The position numbers and the translations under genes are program-made. The notes beneath the pieces were generated by a model. That model worked only from the letters and a program-made list of their open reading frames with translations, ran no database searches and was not told the origin of the DNA. From a virus (taxonomy: Duplodnaviria; Caudoviricetes): DNA of 39,051 nt. The DNA lies in the IMG/VR virus record IMGVR_UViG_3300033067_002375, positions 1-39,051 of that record. The stretch is one strand, 5' to 3'. Below, one piece after another: positions 35,389 to 39,051 of this stretch (its first letter is position 1; the number at the start of each line of letters is the position of its first letter).

Positions 35389-37425
35389 TTAAAATCTGTC
35401 TTTAAGTGATCTTCCTGATATTACCGGTACTAATTCTGTTTCCGGTTCATCGGTGTTTATTATTTCAGGCTCATCGCCTGACTGTTCTCCGTGGAACCTT
35501 TTAACACCGGGTATTACAAAGCCCCGGTTTAAAGTTTTATCGCTGTTATCAATCACCAAAACTTTACCTACCTGCTGAGCTTTTCGGGCTGCATAAGCAT
35601 CAATAGTATTGGTGTAAGCGCTCATAATTTCATAAGCTCTGTTATCCTTTTCGGTACGTTCAATTGTTGCCCTGTTATAGCGTGGTTTTATAACTGCCTC
35701 ACAAATAGGTGTTGTTTCATTTTTAAGGAAAATGATGGCTTTAATAACCTCACCATTGTTACCATCCAGCCAATACACATCAATTGCTTTACCTGCAACC
35801 TGGCTCATCATGTTTATCAGGCGATCACCCAACAATACTTCGCCATCGAGGCCCAATAAAAATTCGCTATTATTCAGATGGATAATGCCATTGAGCTGGC
35901 AGGTGGTTTGTGTTATGTAACCAAGGTGTGGTAAAATAGCACTCCAGTTTGTAGGTTGTAAATTTGGGTTTTGCATTTCGCAGAAAACCTCCCAACGGGT
36001 TTTATCTGTATGTACACTGTGAGGGGTGTTATTCCAATCTTCAATATCTCTTAAACAACCATCTACAATTGTATTGTAAGGAACAATAGGAACTATACCA
36101 CCGCCTGATTGGTTTGCTTCGCTACGAGCATGTGGGCGGGCCAACCATCCTTCACGTTGTTTTTCGCTGCCATACCTTAAACTACCAAAGTATCTTTCAA
36201 TTCTTTTACCCCTTGCATTATTGGCCTCAATACGTACATGCTCAAACATGCGGCCCGGTTGCAGAAAGGTATTTTTAAATGAGGCGTTTAGGTTCGATTC
36301 GCATTCAATCTCAGCCGGTACTTGCATACCCCAAGCAGCATAGTTGCGTACCAACTGTCTGTAAAAATCTGTTATAATTCCCTCTTTACTTTTACCATGC
36401 ACCCAACAAACCCATGCCTCACTACCTAAATCAATACCATTGTAAAACCATACACGGTTGTTGCTGCTGTCGTATTTAAAAGGCGGCTGCCTATCATCCA
36501 CAGAAATAATTGAACCTGCATAGTTTGGTTTGTCCATGCTGTGGTAAGGTTTAAAGCTGCCCATGTACTTTTGCCTGTCGCCACTACGTAGGCGGTGTGT
36601 ACCAATTTTATCGGCCCAACGGCCCAAATAGTTGATGATGGTATTTTCTGAAATGGGTTTAAAATCGGTGTGGTTGTATAACTCACCGGTTTCGGTGTTT
36701 ATTACTTCTACATAGCCGCTAAGGAAAGATCCATACAGGCGGCTAACCTCAGTACGGGTTGGCTTTTGTGCTTTATCTGCAAACAGATCATTCAGTAGTT
36801 GCAACATATAATCTGTTACAACTTTTCTGTTTTCATTTCTGAGCCTGCCGGAAATAAGGCAACCATAATTAAACCCGGTTGCAAACTCTTTGAAAGTTTC
36901 TTTAAATCGCTTTTCACTGGATGGCAATGTGTGCTTTGAATTGTGCTTTACCTGTAGCACTTTATTGAATGCAATAACATCATTGCAAATGGTTGTCATA
37001 ATACCAACCAGTGATCCTTTTTTTGATCGGCGCTCATACTCCCTTGCCTCCTTTAAGAAAATTGCAGCTTTTAACACTGATGCATTGGTTATATATTCAT
37101 CCTGATGGTTAAGGCTTAACCTGGTTTCATCTTCAAACTTGTAGTTAGTAAAGAAACGTACAGCATCAGGATCAACTTTATAAAAAAGCTCCAGTGGGTT
37201 GCTTATTTTTCGGGGATCGCCAATGGCTTCCTGCATTTCTTTGGGTAAACTGTCAAATGCAACAAGCATTTGGCGATTATTACCGCCACGTTGTACTTTT
37301 TTAATGCCATAATCTTTAGTCTGATACCTACTAATTGTTTGCTTTAAAGTATCTAAACTATTAAAGTAAGCTGGCACAAGTTCATCGGCAGTTACAACAA
37401 TAATATTATTCCATACAGATGGCAT
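35389..37425 (-). CDS. MuA-like DDE-family transposase
   Basis: 678 aa; RNase H-like core 'ISVDDRQPP...GIDLGSEAWV...IECES...NARGKRIERYFG', 'WNNTPH'; precedes the MuB-like gene. Confidence 0.88.
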   Translation of the reverse strand: MPSVWNNIIVVTADELVPAYFNSLDTLKQTISRYQTKDYGIKKVQRGGNNRQMLVAFDSLPKEMQEAIGDPRKISNPLELFYKVDPDAVRFFTNYKFEDETRLSLNHQDEYITNASVLKAAIFLKEAREYERRSKKGSLVGIMTTICNDVIAFNKVLQVKHNSKHTLPSSEKRFKETFKEFATGFNYGCLISGRLRNENRKVVTDYMLQLLNDLFADKAQKPTRTEVSRLYGSFLSGYVEVINTETGELYNHTDFKPISENTIINYLGRWADKIGTHRLRSGDRQKYMGSFKPYHSMDKPNYAGSIISVDDRQPPFKYDSSNNRVWFYNGIDLGSEAWVCWVHGKSKEGIITDFYRQLVRNYAAWGMQVPAEIECESNLNASFKNTFLQPGRMFEHVRIEANNARGKRIERYFGSLRYGSEKQREGWLARPHARSEANQSGGGIVPIVPYNTIVDGCLRDIEDWNNTPHSVHTDKTRWEVFCEMQNPNLQPTNWSAILPHLGYITQTTCQLNGIIHLNNSEFLLGLDGEVLLGDRLINMMSQVAGKAIDVYWLDGNNGEVIKAIIFLKNETTPICEAVIKPRYNRATIERTEKDNRAYEIMSAYTNTIDAYAARKAQQVGKVLVIDNSDKTLNRGFVIPGVKRFHGEQSGDEPEIINTDEPETELVPVISGRSLKDRF

Positions 37426-37430
37426 AGCTA

Positions 37431-37646
37431 TTACATTTTGGATATTTGTTGATATTTTGATAATCGGGCGGCAAAAAATATTCTGATTTCATCGGAGCTG
37501 CCACCTAATTCAGTTTTATTAACTGAGTTTCTTACATAGGTTTCAGAAACTTTAAATTCCGATATAGCATCTTTGATTGCCTGAGAAAAAAGCGGATCGT
37601 ATTGCTTTCTAACTTTTCTTGACTTATTTTTACTCCCTTGTTTCAT
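37431..37646 (-). CDS. Ner/Cro-like small regulator
   Basis: 71 aa, basic, HTH-like 'SEFKVSETYVRNSV'; divergent from the repressor. Confidence 0.6.
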   Translation of the reverse strand: MKQGSKNKSRKVRKQYDPLFSQAIKDAISEFKVSETYVRNSVNKTELGGSSDEIRIFFAARLSKYQQISKM

Positions 37647-37667
37647 TACTTGTGTAGTTTATAAGTA

Positions 37668-37700
37668 CAAATGTAGTGGAAATAATAACTAAATACCAAA
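37668..37700 (-). promoter_or_regulatory. Early (lytic) promoter, Bacteroidota consensus
   Basis: TTTG (37700-37697) - 21 nt - TACATTTG (37675-37668), upstream of ATG 37646. Confidence 0.75.
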
Positions 37701-37703
37701 TTT

Positions 37704-38429
37704 ATGGCAGAAAATATCACCACTATTAAACAAAGAATATTACAATTTGCTGGTTATCAACCTGATAACTTAGAAATATTTTTTAAAAAAATAGGCTCTA
37801 CCTATGGAAATTTTAAAGGAAAATCAAAAAATACCGCATTAAGTAGTGATATATTAGCAGTAATTTCCACCTCTTACCCTGAATTAAATATGGATTGGGT
37901 ATTAAACGGAAGGGGAGAAATGTTGAATGGGGTGGAAAATTTATTATTAAATAAACCATCAACTCCTTACGGAATAAAAAAAGCACCATTAGGTAGATTA
38001 ACAAAACGCAGTACAGGAAGTGAATTGATAAAATTTTATGAGGCTGATTTTGCAGCAAGCAGGGATATTGAATTTTTTGATGATGAGGCTTCAATAAAGC
38101 CTGCATACATGATGGATATACCTGAGTTTGCCGGTTGTATTGCTTTTAGAACTTACAGCGATAGTATGGAGCCACTTATTAAAGGAGGGGATATTTTATT
38201 TGCTACAAAAGTGGATGATTGGCGGGATGGATTGGAATATGGGCAGATTTACGGAATAACGAGAATTGATAATCGGAGGCATTTAAAATATATTAGGCGG
38301 GCAGAAAGACATCAAACCCATTTCCTGCTAAAAAGTGAAAATTCTGATATGTACGATGACTTTGATTTGGATAAAATAAAAATTAAGAATATTTGGCTGA
38401 TACATGGCTGGATTAATAAGCGTACATAG
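37704..38429 (+). CDS. CI-like repressor with S24 peptidase domain
   Basis: N-terminal HTH with 'YPELNMDWVLNGRGEM'; 'SDSMEP' catalytic Ser and 'LKYIR' Lys. Confidence 0.88.
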   Translation: MAENITTIKQRILQFAGYQPDNLEIFFKKIGSTYGNFKGKSKNTALSSDILAVISTSYPELNMDWVLNGRGEMLNGVENLLLNKPSTPYGIKKAPLGRLTKRSTGSELIKFYEADFAASRDIEFFDDEASIKPAYMMDIPEFAGCIAFRTYSDSMEPLIKGGDILFATKVDDWRDGLEYGQIYGITRIDNRRHLKYIRRAERHQTHFLLKSENSDMYDDFDLDKIKIKNIWLIHGWINKRT

Positions 38430-38639
38430 TTAATTGTCCTATTTATCATTGGAGAAATATATGTTTTTACTTATTTATTTGAGCAAAATCCTTTGAAACT
38501 CAATACTGTTAAGCTTTTTTAAGTAGTATTTGTTATTTTGCTTTTGTCCTTATAGGGGTGTTTAACTTATATTTTATAATGTTATTTGCCAATTTTATGT
38601 AATTATGTATCAGTTAAATAACTTTTTTAAACAGATGTT

Positions 38640-38675
38640 TGTCACTCCAACTGTCACTCCAACTGTCACTCCAAC
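38640..38675 (+). repeat. Three perfect tandem copies of TGTCACTCCAAC
   Basis: Read directly at 38640-38651, 38652-38663 and 38664-38675. Confidence 0.95.
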
Positions 38676-38897
38676 CCGAAATTTTACACTTTTTAAGGTT
38701 CCTTATGTTTATCCTTATTACTAATATTCACACATCAATGAGTTGCTGGTAAAAAAATAGGCTATTAAAGCCATATAATTGCCAATTTTACTATATTTAC
38801 ATTATTCCAACAGGTAATATCAATTAGGTTTAAACTGCCTTTAAATAGAAATAAAAGAAAGGTGCCAATATTTAAAGATAAATCAGCATTATTTCAA

Positions 38898-38923
38898 TTT
38901 TTAGGACATTTGGAATTTATACA
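38898..38923 (-). repeat. Phage end (repressor side) with putative transposase-binding site
   Basis: Minus strand TGTATAAATTCCAAATGTCCTAAAAA; inverted match to 107-123. Confidence 0.75.
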
Positions 38924-39051
38924 GCAAATGAGGCTTTTTTTTCTGTATTCCTTTTCAGATAAGCTTTTCAGGCTTTTTTTTATCTATTATTTATTAGACA
39001 TTTAGAATTGTTGCCCTTATTCTCTTGCTCTTTCGCAAAGTTCTGCATAAA

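Larger units (their letters stand above)
68..38923 (-). mobile_element. Complete Mu-like transposable (pro)phage with contractile tail, probable Bacteroidota host
   Basis: Both ends start TGTAT (68-72; 38923-38919 on the minus strand) and share a subterminal 12-bp inverted repeat. Gene set includes DDE transposase, MuB-like ATPase, Gam, Mu-type portal/gpF/gp36, sheath and baseplate. No target duplication is seen, so exact ends are inferred. Confidence 0.9.

Noticed and set aside
37674-37943. Recurrent GTGGAAAT-like words as repressor operators
   Set aside because: Short, degenerate and mostly within coding sequence; cannot be separated from chance by eye.
38640-38675. Mini-CRISPR
   Set aside because: Repeats are contiguous with no spacers, only 12 bp long, and no cas genes are present.
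1-39051. tRNA, rRNA or integron integrase genes
   Set aside because: None recognised. No ORF shows tyrosine-recombinase R-H-R-Y motifs; a covariance search would be needed to exclude small RNAs.

Overview
An apparently complete, about 38.9 kb Mu-like (transposable) contractile-tailed phage or prophage, read here in reverse orientation. It runs from TGTAT at 68 to ATACA at 38923. TTTG/TAnnTTTG promoter motifs point to a Bacteroidota host. From right to left: repressor and divergent early operon (Ner-like protein, DDE transposase, MuB-like ATPase, second ATPase, DnaA-C HTH protein, Gam, DUF5131); an accessory block; GemA-like and regulator genes; an inverted packaging block (TerS, TerL, gp36, portal, gpF, gpG, tail terminator); then protease, capsid, lysis, sheath/tube, tape measure, baseplate and fibre genes. 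The main unexplained structure is a 3.18 kb array of five integron-type gene cassettes (26774-29955). Each has its own attC-like imperfect palindrome and self-complementary cassette ends. No integrase is present, and the genes lie antisense to the normal cassette orientation, so the phage early operon could read them. The cargo includes a PAPS-reductase-like enzyme and a C5 methyltransferase split over two overlapping frames. Other signals are a textbook -1 frameshift that would fuse portal to gpF, a -1 frameshift in the tail chaperone, a symmetric divergent late promoter, a subtilase beside a signal-peptide-bearing fibre-like protein, and a 3x12 bp repeat near the repressor end. All family calls come from motif recognition and synteny by eye; no searches were run.
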